A program made the position numbers and the translations under genes. This document shows, in pieces, positions 37,264 through 47,613 of a stretch of 64,000 nt of DNA. The DNA is taken from the NCBI GenBank assembly GCA_964446965.1, contig CAYUQD010000003.1, forward strand, positions 3,989 to 67,988. The letters are read 5' to 3'. The stretch is from an uncultured Candidatus Saccharibacteria bacterium. Its GTDB lineage: Bacteria > Patescibacteriota > Minisyncoccia > Phycocordibacterales > UBA9973. A model generated the notes under the pieces. That model did not search any database and was not told where the DNA came from. It saw only the letters and a program-made list of their open reading frames with translations. The stretch's first letter is position 1, and every line of letters begins with the position of its first letter.

Positions 37264-39075
37264 CTAGGACGAGCGGTTTTGTTCGCTAAATTCTTTCTTT
37301 GCGGCACGGATGGAGATGACTTGGCTTGGGTCAGAGGTAATAATCTGGTCTTCGGTATAGGACGCGATGATCTTGATGGCGACATGTTTGAGTCCTGCAA
37401 AGAATATTCCTTCTCCAACACCACTCTCGAGAAGTAGGAACTTTTCTTCATCGGTGAGGTTGAATGTCTTTTGGAGGACATCCATTGTCGACGGAGACTG
37501 TTTGAGCAGGAGTTGAATGGATGAGTTGGTGACGATCGGGACACCGTATGGACTCTTCATGAAGTCCCCCACGTCCTGCGTGATCGTACAGAGTCCGAGG
37601 TAATATTTGCGACCTCGTTTTGCGATCGAGTAGAGGAACGACGCAGTGTCATCACTCTTCATCATCCACCATGCCTCATCGACGACGAGCAATCGCTTTT
37701 TGAGCTCCTTGCGAACGGCATTCCAGATGAAATGAGTGACGATGTACATCGCCGCTGGTTTGAGATCATCCTCCATGTCGCGAACGGAGAAGACTACAAA
37801 CTTTTTGTTGATGTCGACGTTGGTTGGTTGGTTGATGAAGGTCGCCCAAGATCCGTGTGTGTACTTGGTGAGACGTTGGAGGATGGATTCTGTCCCCTCC
37901 ATCCCAGAGAGCACCATCTCAAAGTCTGAGAGAAGTGGTGGCTCGATCGTTGCAAAGTCGCTCTCTGGACTAATGTCTTTGAGTGAGTACGTCTCGGTGA
38001 TGGCGCGGTCGATGAGTGAGTCTTCTTCGGGAGAGAGTCCTCCGAGCATGATACGGAATAGTCCGACGAGGTTGATGATGTTGCTGCGCAATACATCTGC
38101 AGGAGATTCGTCGACACGAGGGATCGGTAGGTCAAATGGGTTGATGTGGTTGTCTGATGAAAGTGAGATATTGAAATAGCGTCCACCGATCGCTTCGGCG
38201 AGGTATTCATACTCTCGTTCTGGGTCGATGACGATGACATCGGTATCGAACATGAGGGTACGGATGATCTCGAGTTTGGTCGCATAGGATTTGCCGGCAC
38301 CAGACTTGGCAAAGATGATGGAGTTGTAGTTCTCGAGCGAGAATCGGTCAAAGATCACGAGTGATGAGTTGTGACGGTTCACCCCATAGAGGATACCTTC
38401 GTCCCCGGTGAGATCAAATGAGACAAATGGGAACATACTCGAGATGGGTTCTGAGTTGAGTTTCTGGGTGATACCAAGCTTGTCAGTACCGAGCGGGACA
38501 ACGGTCTTGAAGCCGTCTTCTTCTTGGAAGAGTGCGGGCTTGATATATATCATCTTGCTCTCGAGCATGCTCTTGATCTCGCTCTCTGTACGGAACAAAT
38601 CGTTCTCGTTGTCAGCGTAGATAGTGATATAGAAGCCGATGTTGAACATCTTTTCTTGGGCTTGGGTCAGGCTATCACGGAGCTCCTCGAGGTCTTGGTA
38701 GGCAGTATCGAGCATTGGGTCGCGAACAACACCCTTTTGTTGGCGGACGATGATCTGACTTTCGACTTCGGCGATCTTTTTTTGGAAGTGTTTGAGGAGT
38801 TCGGCAGTCTCGATCGGATTGACGTAGATTGCCACATCAAAGATCTTGTCGAGGTTGATGATGGGAGTGAGCCAGTTGTCGGTGAGAAAGCGTGGATATG
38901 ATATGACAAAAAAGGTTCGCACAATCTTGTCCCCGATACGCATGCTCTTTGGGGTGATCTCGATTGCAGAGGGTGCGATCTTGTCCGCGAGCTCCATAGT
39001 CGCCCATTCATACACCTGTGAGGGTGCGATAGGGAGAGATTTATTTTCTTTCTTTTTGCTACCAAAGAGTGACAT
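37264..39075 (-). CDS. VirB4/TraC-like type IV secretion ATPase
   Basis: AKSGAGKS, VIDPEREY, INPFD, VDEAW, KRGRKY, ITQD. Confidence 0.9.
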   Translation of the reverse strand: MSLFGSKKKENKSLPIAPSQVYEWATMELADKIAPSAIEITPKSMRIGDKIVRTFFVISYPRFLTDNWLTPIINLDKIFDVAIYVNPIETAELLKHFQKKIAEVESQIIVRQQKGVVRDPMLDTAYQDLEELRDSLTQAQEKMFNIGFYITIYADNENDLFRTESEIKSMLESKMIYIKPALFQEEDGFKTVVPLGTDKLGITQKLNSEPISSMFPFVSFDLTGDEGILYGVNRHNSSLVIFDRFSLENYNSIIFAKSGAGKSYATKLEIIRTLMFDTDVIVIDPEREYEYLAEAIGGRYFNISLSSDNHINPFDLPIPRVDESPADVLRSNIINLVGLFRIMLGGLSPEEDSLIDRAITETYSLKDISPESDFATIEPPLLSDFEMVLSGMEGTESILQRLTKYTHGSWATFINQPTNVDINKKFVVFSVRDMEDDLKPAAMYIVTHFIWNAVRKELKKRLLVVDEAWWMMKSDDTASFLYSIAKRGRKYYLGLCTITQDVGDFMKSPYGVPIVTNSSIQLLLKQSPSTMDVLQKTFNLTDEEKFLLLESGVGEGIFFAGLKHVAIKIIASYTEDQIITSDPSQVISIRAAKKEFSEQNRSS

Positions 39076-39095
39076 TGTGTCTCTAGTATACAGTA

Positions 39096-39737
39096 TTATT
39101 TGGAGTTTACGGTTGCTTGGGTAGTACTTTCTCCGGGATTGAATGTTTTGTACAGAAGTTCGATCATTTCTTCGGTACCGAGTTGTGCGACACGGAGGCC
39201 GACACGCGAGAGTCCTTGTTCGACGACATTGACGCGTTCTTCGAGTTGGGTGCGCTGTTCTTCGAAGTCGCTCACTGTTTGCGCAGCGGTCTGTTTGGAG
39301 CCGAGGAATGAAAATACCTTACCAATCCCCGTTTGTTGGCTGAGTATCGGAGGGATATATGGGATCACCACAAAGAAATTCTTGCGCATGATGTTGACTT
39401 GGTCGGTGAAGCTCTGGATGAACTGGATGTACTCGCGTGTCTGTACTTGGAGGAGGGACTCAGTTTGCTGCTTGAGACGGTTTTGCAATGTCAGAATATA
39501 TGGACGGATGTCGTATCGTCTACTCTGGATCACGATCTGTATTGGGAAGTCGAGTGTGTTGAGGAAGTTTTGGAACTGCATGAGGGTTGCGCGCTGTTCG
39601 TCATAACTCTTGAGGGAGAGGTTGATCGACGAGACGAGGACGGCCATTGCGAGCGTGCCGTCTTTGAGGACGACGATACCATCGCGAACTTCTTTGACGG
39701 GGACGAATTGTTGGGCAGGTGTGCCAAAGGTTGCCAT
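39096..39737 (-). CDS. VirB4/TraC N-terminal-like protein
   Basis: VRDGIVVLKDG, SSINLSLKS.DEQ, FLNTLDFPIQI; lies between prgI and virB4. Confidence 0.7.
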   Translation of the reverse strand: MATFGTPAQQFVPVKEVRDGIVVLKDGTLAMAVLVSSINLSLKSYDEQRATLMQFQNFLNTLDFPIQIVIQSRRYDIRPYILTLQNRLKQQTESLLQVQTREYIQFIQSFTDQVNIMRKNFFVVIPYIPPILSQQTGIGKVFSFLGSKQTAAQTVSDFEEQRTQLEERVNVVEQGLSRVGLRVAQLGTEEMIELLYKTFNPGESTTQATVNSK

Positions 39738-39739
39738 AA

Positions 39740-40150
39740 TTATTTGGGAGTATTGGGGTCAATCACATCGAGACTCCACGAGAGAGTCTTGAGCTTGCTC
39801 TCCGTCAGTGTACCACGACCATTGCTTGCGATTGCTTCGGGTACTGCGCGACCAGGAGTTTTTTGTTCTTGTTTGTGCCAGAGATAGAGGCGTGAACGCG
39901 AATAATATTTGATAAATGACTCGAGGACGTTGATGAATGGCTTGTCATTGTAGCGAAAGAATGTGAGCGCAAGTGCGAGTGCCGCAAGTGCCGGAGCGAC
40001 AAAGATCGAGATGAATATCGGGAGGAACTTGAATGCGAGATAGACGAGACCTGCACCTCCGGCGAGATAGACGAACTGTCGGAACGTGAACGGTCCGAAT
40101 ACTTTGTCTTCGATATCGATAAATTGGGGAACCTTGAACTGCATAGGCAT
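39740..40150 (-). CDS. PrgI family protein
   Basis: FKVPQFIDIEDKVFGPFTFRQF plus two TM. Confidence 0.85.
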   Translation of the reverse strand: MPMQFKVPQFIDIEDKVFGPFTFRQFVYLAGGAGLVYLAFKFLPIFISIFVAPALAALALALTFFRYNDKPFINVLESFIKYYSRSRLYLWHKQEQKTPGRAVPEAIASNGRGTLTESKLKTLSWSLDVIDPNTPK

Positions 40151-40232
40151 AGTATACTATGCCAAGGACAAAGTTTATAAAACTTATATCACGCTTGACT
40201 TCTTAGGTCGCCTGTACGACTATTACCACTAT

Positions 40233-40841
40233 ATGAGCATGGAATCCCCCCAACAAAAAGCAAAGCGAGTAATTAATGAACATCCTGGTCTCGATCCGGA
40301 TTTCGAGAAGAAATTTGAAGAGGTCCGACCAGTACTTGAACAGTACGAAAAGGAGGGTAAGTTCGATAATATTGCAGAACGCGCAGCTGAAAATAATGCA
40401 AAATTTGCAGCGCAAAGAAGAGAACGTGAAGAAATGGAAGAGCCTCAGATCGCTGAAGTCATTTCAACGATTCTTCATACAGAGAGATCTCCAGAAAAGT
40501 CTGAAACCTCACAAGGTCATGTGAAGTACGATGGTTCTTGGACAGATGAGTCTAAAAAGCCTCGCAGTATTATCTTTGGAGCAGATCCAACTAAAGAAGA
40601 GATAGAAGCTGCATATAAAAAGTTACCTAAAGAAGAGAGTTACTCACAAAAAATGGCAAAAAATCATCTCTCAATGGTGGAACACCTAACGCTTGATACT
40701 AACGAAAAAAGAACACGAAACAGAATTAATTTCATGCAACGGGCAGATAGAATCGAAGCAGATCGTCAAAAAAAGAAGACGGTTGCTCAGCAATTGATGC
40801 AGTGGTGGAAAGGTTTGGACGATAAAGATAGGCTCAACTAA
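40233..40841 (+). CDS. Hypothetical charged orphan protein
   Basis: AT-rich; opposite orientation inside the - strand locus. Confidence 0.6.
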   Translation: MSMESPQQKAKRVINEHPGLDPDFEKKFEEVRPVLEQYEKEGKFDNIAERAAENNAKFAAQRREREEMEEPQIAEVISTILHTERSPEKSETSQGHVKYDGSWTDESKKPRSIIFGADPTKEEIEAAYKKLPKEESYSQKMAKNHLSMVEHLTLDTNEKRTRNRINFMQRADRIEADRQKKKTVAQQLMQWWKGLDDKDRLN

Positions 40842-40845
40842 TCTT

Positions 40846-41367
40846 CTACTTATCAGGAATTTCTCGATAGGGATCGATCGATTTGATGCCACTAGGAGCG
40901 GATGATGGTGCGGCTGAAGGAGTCGATGGCGCAGGTGTTGCTGAAGGATCGGTAGTATAGGTGCGCTTCGTGGGAGCGAGCGTCGATGGAGTAGTCATGG
41001 TTTGATTGAGGCGAGCGAGCATGTCGGATGGGGTTGGGGCTGAAGTAGACGCCTGGGTAGGCTCAGATAATTGAACATTGCCATTTTTAAGAAATGTATA
41101 CATCTTATCAATAATTTTTTCCATATTTCCCTTTTCAAGTAACAAAGAAAGCTGTGTTTCTAAGTTCTCTCCCAACTGTTTTATATCATTTTTCTTTAAA
41201 AGAAATAATGTCATCTCCCCATCAAGTATTGTAGATACTTCTTCTGTAATATTGAATTCTTTTTTTAATTCATCCAAGAATGTATCAATTTGTGCAAGCA
41301 TACCAAATTCCTTGGAATTTGGATCAAGAGATTCTAATAGTGTAAGCGTTTCCTCGTTTATATCCAT
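40846..41367 (-). CDS. Hypothetical protein with Pro/Thr linker and C-terminal DPYREIP
   Basis: ORF coupled to the upstream VirB6-like gene. Confidence 0.7.
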   Translation of the reverse strand: MDINEETLTLLESLDPNSKEFGMLAQIDTFLDELKKEFNITEEVSTILDGEMTLFLLKKNDIKQLGENLETQLSLLLEKGNMEKIIDKMYTFLKNGNVQLSEPTQASTSAPTPSDMLARLNQTMTTPSTLAPTKRTYTTDPSATPAPSTPSAAPSSAPSGIKSIDPYREIPDK

Positions 41368-41371
41368 AGTA

Positions 41372-44300
41372 CTATCCTAAACCAAGTTGCTTCCGAATGC
41401 TAGAAATATCGCTGTTGATACGATTGCGTTCAGCAATAACTGTATTTGGTGACGCCATACCGTGATTTACATTTGAAGCCTGATAATTTTGAACATCGAG
41501 TACGGTGAGACTGTCAAGATCGTTGTTGTTGGCATGTCGAGCAACTGGTGAAAGTGTTTGTTGCATACGGAGTTTATCAACACCAAGTTGTTTGAGGCGA
41601 CCTTCCAGTTTTGTTCGCTCGCCGGCACTAATAGTATCTTTTGCCTTTGATTCTCGACTATTGATAACATTTTCTCGAGCTGCTCCTTGAATTGCTCCTT
41701 GTCCAATCGCTGCAGCTGCACCCACTATAGCGCCACCGGTTACTACACTTGCCCCTGCTGCAGTTGCAGCCGCACCGACAGCTGCACCAGGAGTGGTAAC
41801 TCTGTTGGTGGATCGTTGAGCTACTCTTGATAGGAATGTGCCGCGTGCAAGTTTTGCCTGGTATGTTTTTTCACGTGCGCGATTGACTTCTGTGGTTGTC
41901 TCTACGCGCTTATTTCCTTGAGCTGCTTGCGCAGTAAGATCATTTTGTCGGAAATCAACTTCATTAAACGCAACACCGTTTGCGAGATCGGTTGTTTCCG
42001 CTGCTTTACGTCGTGCATCATATCCAGCTTCCCATGCTTTGTTTTTCTTGTCTTGGGTAACAGCCGCAGCGCCTCGAAGTTGAAATCTCTCAGCGCGATC
42101 GACAAGTACTTTCTCGTTTCGACTAATTGCCTCTTTGAAGCCCCCTTGTGTTTTATTGGTTCCAGTTCCTGTCATTTTAACTAGTTTATTATCCAGCCCA
42201 ATACCAGTTTCTTTTTCAAACCTTTTTCCAACAGCGCTATTTCTCGCATCGTATGTCGCAGTAGACATTTTTGTCCCTGTTTGCATTGTTCTATCAGCAA
42301 GACGCGCATACCATTTACCGCTCGCTGAAGCATCTTGTAATGTTTTAGATTCAGCAAGCCTGGTACCTAATCTTCCTAAAGTATTTCTACCAGCAAGCGC
42401 AGCTCCACCAGTCGCAACCCCAAGCGCTGCCCCACCGACAAATCCTACTGCTTTTTCAGAGTAGTTTTGTACTAACTTCCCTGCAAATCCCGCGTACTTT
42501 TCAGCTATTTTCACACCTTGCTTAATCATCATATATACAATAAGCATCGGGATTGCGGTGTAGATAACTATCTCAAGGAATGACCCAGAATCTTTGTTGA
42601 GATACACCGTGATGAAATCTGTCTCCAGGAATGAATAGACAATATATAAAAAGAATACAAAGATCGGTGCAAGGAGTGCGTATCCTGTCAGGTCACTAAG
42701 CCATTTTTTCCACGAAAGTTCGCTGATAGAATTCAAAAAAGGAATGTTACCCTGAGTGAGGACTGCAAATGGTGCAAAGATCATACAGAGATAGAGTCCG
42801 ATCACGCGTCCGAGGAACATGAAGGTGGTCTTCCAAAACATAACCGCAACTGCAAAGAGAATGATCGCTGCAATGAGACTGACAACGATATAATACGTCG
42901 CATAGTCATAACTATTGAGATCGACTGCGGTAGTACCAGAACCGTCTTTATTTGGGAGAGCCTTGTTTGCGCTGAGGACTTTTGCACTAAAGAGCTTTTG
43001 CGGGTTGAATGCGGACACTATCTTTTCGGACAGTGGTTTGAAGTTACCGGTACCTTCCTTGAGGTTGGGTATGTTGCCGTCGCTATTTCTCGGCTCACAC
43101 TTACCTTCACACACTTCTACAGAATTATAAAACACACGCGCAACGACATTGGATATGTCGATGACGACTCGGGTTGCAAAGAGTGAAAAGTTGATGAGGA
43201 TGGCGTTGAGGATGAGGCTCGCGACCACGCTCTTCATGTTGGTCTTGGTGTTGAATACAGCAGAGAGTCCTGTCCAGACGAGGATAATAATAAAGAAAAT
43301 ATTGGAGATATCGCGCACGAGTTGCCATCCACGCACCGCAAACTCTGCACGATATGATGTGTCAGAGAGTGAGTATCCGAGAAAGAAATCAAAGAGATTA
43401 CCCATGATACCTGCGAACCATTGAATAGGAACATAGAAGAAGTAATACACGAGTTGTGCAATACATCCCACAAATGTCCCACTAATAACACCGATTCCAC
43501 AGTTAGGTAATGTATCTGTTTGAGTGTCAGATGTGTTTGCAGCAGCAACACTTGCCTCGGTCTGACTTGCTGCCTCGGCGTTGGTGGCAGGCATTCTGAA
43601 TTTTTGAGAACTTGCGATACGGAAGTACGGTTTGTTACCGTCACAGAGGTTGTTGAATCCTTGCACGCTCTCGCTCTCACTATTGAGATTGAGTTGGTTG
43701 CCATTAGTATTTTGACCACAATACCAAAGTTCAGCTTGGTATTCTGTAGGGTCCCCTACTTTGAATTTATCATTTTTTGCGATGTATGCCCCGAGCGTAC
43801 CATTGCTCAGGAGTGGGGCGAATTGGCCGACGAGGAATGTGACATTAAATTTTGCATACTGTGTGTCACCTCTTTGAAAGCCTAGACCAGTATTAGTATC
43901 AAGTTTTGCGCGATAGTGGTATATCTTTGATGTCGGTGTTTCTTCAGAAGGTATAGTACATGTACTTTGTGTTGGACATAGTGGAGTGCCATCGCCTTTG
44001 AGGTCGTTATTCATTGGAGAGTGGGCGTATGGTACATCAGAAAATACACACTTTGTCCCATCTATTGCTCCAGTCCCAGGGTTGATATCGCAAATACGAA
44101 GCATAAACACATGTGGTACAAAATCTTGGAAAAGTGTACCTGTATAAAAATCCTTGATATAGGCCCACTTTTTTTCTTTATAAGGTATGTCATTAACAGG
44201 CAAAAAACTTCCCTGAAAATTGAATTTGAATGATGAGATCACCTGTGTCGGAGTAGTAGAGGTGGGATCAACTGGTCCCTGCCCTTGTGTCGGAGTGGTA

Positions 44301-44539
44301 GTTGTCCATGTACCTGGTCCTTGAAATCCGCTTTGACTCGTGAAATTTGCGATCTGCATCGTCAGACCCTTGGCAGGATCAGTCCCATCAAAGAGGTTGA
44401 TGTATTCATTGATGTCTGCATGCGAGAGTGCGACATTGCCAAATAGTGTCACGAGAAATACAAGCGAAACGATCGCCTTTGTCATATTGCGCCCAAAAGA
44501 TCTAGCTATCCGAAACCATAGCGAGGAATGAGAATTCAC
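41372..44539 (-). CDS. Large polytopic membrane protein, VirB6/TrbL-like
   Basis: Exported N-domain; GWQLVRDISNIFFI, LINFSLF.TRVVID, R.IGL.L.MIFAP; Gly-rich C-terminal tail. Confidence 0.65.
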   Translation of the reverse strand: MNSHSSLWFRIARSFGRNMTKAIVSLVFLVTLFGNVALSHADINEYINLFDGTDPAKGLTMQIANFTSQSGFQGPGTWTTTTPTQGQGPVDPTSTTPTQVISSFKFNFQGSFLPVNDIPYKEKKWAYIKDFYTGTLFQDFVPHVFMLRICDINPGTGAIDGTKCVFSDVPYAHSPMNNDLKGDGTPLCPTQSTCTIPSEETPTSKIYHYRAKLDTNTGLGFQRGDTQYAKFNVTFLVGQFAPLLSNGTLGAYIAKNDKFKVGDPTEYQAELWYCGQNTNGNQLNLNSESESVQGFNNLCDGNKPYFRIASSQKFRMPATNAEAASQTEASVAAANTSDTQTDTLPNCGIGVISGTFVGCIAQLVYYFFYVPIQWFAGIMGNLFDFFLGYSLSDTSYRAEFAVRGWQLVRDISNIFFIIILVWTGLSAVFNTKTNMKSVVASLILNAILINFSLFATRVVIDISNVVARVFYNSVEVCEGKCEPRNSDGNIPNLKEGTGNFKPLSEKIVSAFNPQKLFSAKVLSANKALPNKDGSGTTAVDLNSYDYATYYIVVSLIAAIILFAVAVMFWKTTFMFLGRVIGLYLCMIFAPFAVLTQGNIPFLNSISELSWKKWLSDLTGYALLAPIFVFFLYIVYSFLETDFITVYLNKDSGSFLEIVIYTAIPMLIVYMMIKQGVKIAEKYAGFAGKLVQNYSEKAVGFVGGAALGVATGGAALAGRNTLGRLGTRLAESKTLQDASASGKWYARLADRTMQTGTKMSTATYDARNSAVGKRFEKETGIGLDNKLVKMTGTGTNKTQGGFKEAISRNEKVLVDRAERFQLRGAAAVTQDKKNKAWEAGYDARRKAAETTDLANGVAFNEVDFRQNDLTAQAAQGNKRVETTTEVNRAREKTYQAKLARGTFLSRVAQRSTNRVTTPGAAVGAAATAAGASVVTGGAIVGAAAAIGQGAIQGAARENVINSRESKAKDTISAGERTKLEGRLKQLGVDKLRMQQTLSPVARHANNNDLDSLTVLDVQNYQASNVNHGMASPNTVIAERNRINSDISSIRKQLGLG

Positions 44540-44569
44540 GAATACAGTGTATCACGGGGTGCGCGACTA

Positions 44570-45475
44570 TTACCACAAATTGAGACGCAATGCCTTCACA
44601 AGTCTGCCCTTGCCGTATCCAAAATCATTGAGATTAACAATAGGTTGGAATGTTTCTATTGAATCCGTTACAAAACCAAGTGTATCGGTCGAGCTATTGT
44701 TCCAGAATGGTGTTGCGACACGTTTTTTGTACAGAGGATTTGCAAGTTGTGGAGTTTTGTTGAGGCAGTAGGTGAGAAGTTCTTGGAGTTGTACTCCTTT
44801 GATATCGAACGTGTCATGGTTTGAGACCTCACGAGCGACGTCTTCGTCGGTACGAATGGACTCTGCGATAGTGTAAAAGCGTCGTTCGAGTGTCTTGAGG
44901 TCAGCGAGTTCTTGGGGGGTAAAGATGATATTGAGATCAGCATCACTACACTGAGGTAGTGGGGTTGATCTTGTTGGGGGTGGAGGGGTGGGGTTACTAC
45001 CAGGATTAGAGGTCCCAGGAGTTGTCGGAGTGGTAGTGGTAGTACCCGGACCTGTACCAATAGGTGTTGTGTTGGGAGTCGTAGGTGTCGTGTTCGGAGT
45101 AGAGGGTGTTGTACCGGGGCCATTAGTGTTTGTGCCTGAGGGTGAGGTTGTCGGACTGAGTGTCTCGTCGGTAAAGACGCTCACTTGTGTCTCAGATGGA
45201 GTGAGAGATCCTGACCATGATGTCTGTGAAGGAGTTTGTCCTGTAGGTGTGTCAGTCGTCGTACCGGATCCGTCTGTGGTGAAATCTGATGAGAGACTTC
45301 CTGGATCGTCGGGAGACACGGTACCACTACTGCTACTACCTGTTACAAATTCACGAAAGCTCAGTGGGTTGCTACCATTTTCAGTAGCGGTCTTGCGGGC
45401 AGAGAGCCACAATCCCCCCAGCACGATGGCTGCGACAATGACTATGATGATAAATATAGGGATAAAACGTCTCAT
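44570..45475 (-). CDS. Membrane-anchored Thr/Pro/Ser-rich protein
   Basis: N-terminal TM, long low-complexity stalk, C-terminal helical domain. Confidence 0.7.
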   Translation of the reverse strand: MRRFIPIFIIIVIVAAIVLGGLWLSARKTATENGSNPLSFREFVTGSSSSGTVSPDDPGSLSSDFTTDGSGTTTDTPTGQTPSQTSWSGSLTPSETQVSVFTDETLSPTTSPSGTNTNGPGTTPSTPNTTPTTPNTTPIGTGPGTTTTTPTTPGTSNPGSNPTPPPPTRSTPLPQCSDADLNIIFTPQELADLKTLERRFYTIAESIRTDEDVAREVSNHDTFDIKGVQLQELLTYCLNKTPQLANPLYKKRVATPFWNNSSTDTLGFVTDSIETFQPIVNLNDFGYGKGRLVKALRLNLW

Positions 45476-45477
45476 GG

Positions 45478-47613
45478 TTATAGATTACTATAGAAATACT
45501 GACTTGACTGTATTGATTGTAATACATGACTGTTGGGAGTGTCAGACTCCACTCGAGCGACGGGCACGACTGGAGTAGTATTGATGACGTATGCTTCGTT
45601 GATACACGTCGTATCTACTGGTGTACCTGCTGCTGCTTGTGCAGCTATGTAGCGCGCCTTTGCTCGAGAGACAATGTCCTGTGTTTGGCGATGGATCTCA
45701 GTGAGTTGTTCGAGCGCGTCTTCGGTATTGGAGATATTTTGGTTGTACTGAGTAGTGTACTCAGTGATGTTGCGGTTGTATCCGACGAGTTTGCCCGCCT
45801 CTTTGTACGCACTCTTTGCAAATGCCCGTGCATCTGCTTGTTGAAATGTTCCGGATTCTAGACTTGCATATGCAGTAGCGAGACTTTCTGGGTCAAAACC
45901 AGATGCATTGAGCTCATTGATGATGGTCAAGAGAGATGCTTCGAGGTATGGAATGATACTACTGACGTTGCCGGGCACATTGAAAGCACCAGCACTTTGT
46001 CTAATCATAAAAGTTTCTGGTTTGAGTTTGCGTTGTGTGTCGGTGACCTTGTCATAGAGAACTGGTTCACCGGCGAGAACTGGTGGAGGTGAAGTGTTCC
46101 CTCCACCAAAGAGTCCTCCAAGGATAGGAATACTACTCATGAATCCTTGGAGTGCAGTTGGACCACTTGCGGGTGGTTGCGAGAGACTACCGGTGAGTGC
46201 TTGGAAGTTATCAGAGAGCCCTGTCCCCCAACTCGGGTTGGGTCCGGGGAGGCAGTAGTCGAGCCAGCCGAGTGTTGGGACGATGCGCTCCATTGCGATC
46301 TGAGCATCACTCGCACGACTGATGTAGTCGTGTTGTGTCTGGAGAATGGCGCGGAGTTGTTGCGGACGACTAATATCAAAGTCGTTGTTATATCCACCAG
46401 TCGCGCTCTGGTACCCGAGTTGAATATCAGTAGTAGAGACACTTGCGAGGGGTTGACCGTTGGTGCCATAGACGACATTTGAGCCGACACCGATACCACT
46501 ACTGGTACCACCACGACTACCAACGTTCCCGAGACCATTTTGGAAAAGTCTGTTGATGAGCTGGTCAAAGAATGACCCAAGGACTTCATTGATCTTGTCT
46601 GCTTGTTCGAGCTGGCGCACTGCTGAGTTGGTCACATAGGATGTCTGCTGTGCAATGATGGCTCCCGGAGTGACAGTCTCGTAGCGAATGCATTTCGGAG
46701 CACCTGCTGGTGCGGCAGGAGTGATAGGGCCAGAGACAGTACCAGGAAGTTGCTCGTCCACCGGGACACCATTGGCAGTCGTTGCGCTGGTGAAGCGAAT
46801 GTCCTCGTACTCAGCACATTTCTTCATACTGAGGAAGCCGTTGCCTTGGACGAGTTCGCTCTTGATGTTTTCTTGGGCGTCAGAGATTTCGCGACTGACT
46901 TGCTCGCTCGCGCTAAAGTATGCCCCAAGTGGGTTGTTGCGGAAGTCGAGAAATGAATCCCACCCCCCATTAGTGAAGTCTTTTTGGAACTTTTCGTACT
47001 TTTGTCCCTCAGGAGTATTCATTACTTGACCGACGCGTCCATCATCAAATCCGGTGACTTGCGATGTAATGGTAGAACGGATAGCGTTGCCAAAGATTGA
47101 GTTGTTGTTCGGCACTCGAGCGAGGAAACTCTGGATCTTTTCGTCATTGATGGACTTGAGGTACGAGTCCATGTCGCGTACATAGAGTGGGTTGCCACTA
47201 AATCCGGTGTTGACCCAGTTGAGGGTTTTGTCAGAGACTTTTTGGAGGGCGTTCTTTGCGACTGCATAGGCGATGCCATCGAGACAGTTGGTCTTTTTTG
47301 CTTGCTTCTCAGCGAGCTTTTTTGCTTCTGAGTCTTTGACGGGGACCATTTGTGATGCACCAGGGATTGCGTAGAGGGCTTGTTGGCCGACAGCCGCAGG
47401 GTTTGGGCTCGAATTCCCAAATAAATCTGACGCCATACTCGAAATAGAACTTCCGATGTTGGTACAGTTGAGGATGGCACCACCGACTCCGCTAAATGAC
47501 ATTCCTTGAAAGCTCGTCGTTGCCGCACCTGGAGTACTTGGGGTGAAGGATTGTGCGCCGACAACGATCGGTGTACACAGTGCAAGTATGAATATAAACA
47601 GGGATCGTTGCAT
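45478..47613 (-). CDS. Large exported hypothetical protein
   Basis: Signal peptide; WVNTGFSGNPLYV, FTNGGW, GNGFLS, VTPG. Confidence 0.72.
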   Translation of the reverse strand: MQRSLFIFILALCTPIVVGAQSFTPSTPGAATTSFQGMSFSGVGGAILNCTNIGSSISSMASDLFGNSSPNPAAVGQQALYAIPGASQMVPVKDSEAKKLAEKQAKKTNCLDGIAYAVAKNALQKVSDKTLNWVNTGFSGNPLYVRDMDSYLKSINDEKIQSFLARVPNNNSIFGNAIRSTITSQVTGFDDGRVGQVMNTPEGQKYEKFQKDFTNGGWDSFLDFRNNPLGAYFSASEQVSREISDAQENIKSELVQGNGFLSMKKCAEYEDIRFTSATTANGVPVDEQLPGTVSGPITPAAPAGAPKCIRYETVTPGAIIAQQTSYVTNSAVRQLEQADKINEVLGSFFDQLINRLFQNGLGNVGSRGGTSSGIGVGSNVVYGTNGQPLASVSTTDIQLGYQSATGGYNNDFDISRPQQLRAILQTQHDYISRASDAQIAMERIVPTLGWLDYCLPGPNPSWGTGLSDNFQALTGSLSQPPASGPTALQGFMSSIPILGGLFGGGNTSPPPVLAGEPVLYDKVTDTQRKLKPETFMIRQSAGAFNVPGNVSSIIPYLEASLLTIINELNASGFDPESLATAYASLESGTFQQADARAFAKSAYKEAGKLVGYNRNITEYTTQYNQNISNTEDALEQLTEIHRQTQDIVSRAKARYIAAQAAAGTPVDTTCINEAYVINTTPVVPVARVESDTPNSHVLQSIQSSQYFYSNL

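Noticed and set aside
37227-37544. Upstream extension of the 422-aa ORF overlapping virB4
   Set aside because: Off-frame overlap; the signal peptide begins at 37226
44950-45340. Quasi-repetitive DNA
   Set aside because: Explained by the low-complexity Thr/Pro/Gly coding stalk
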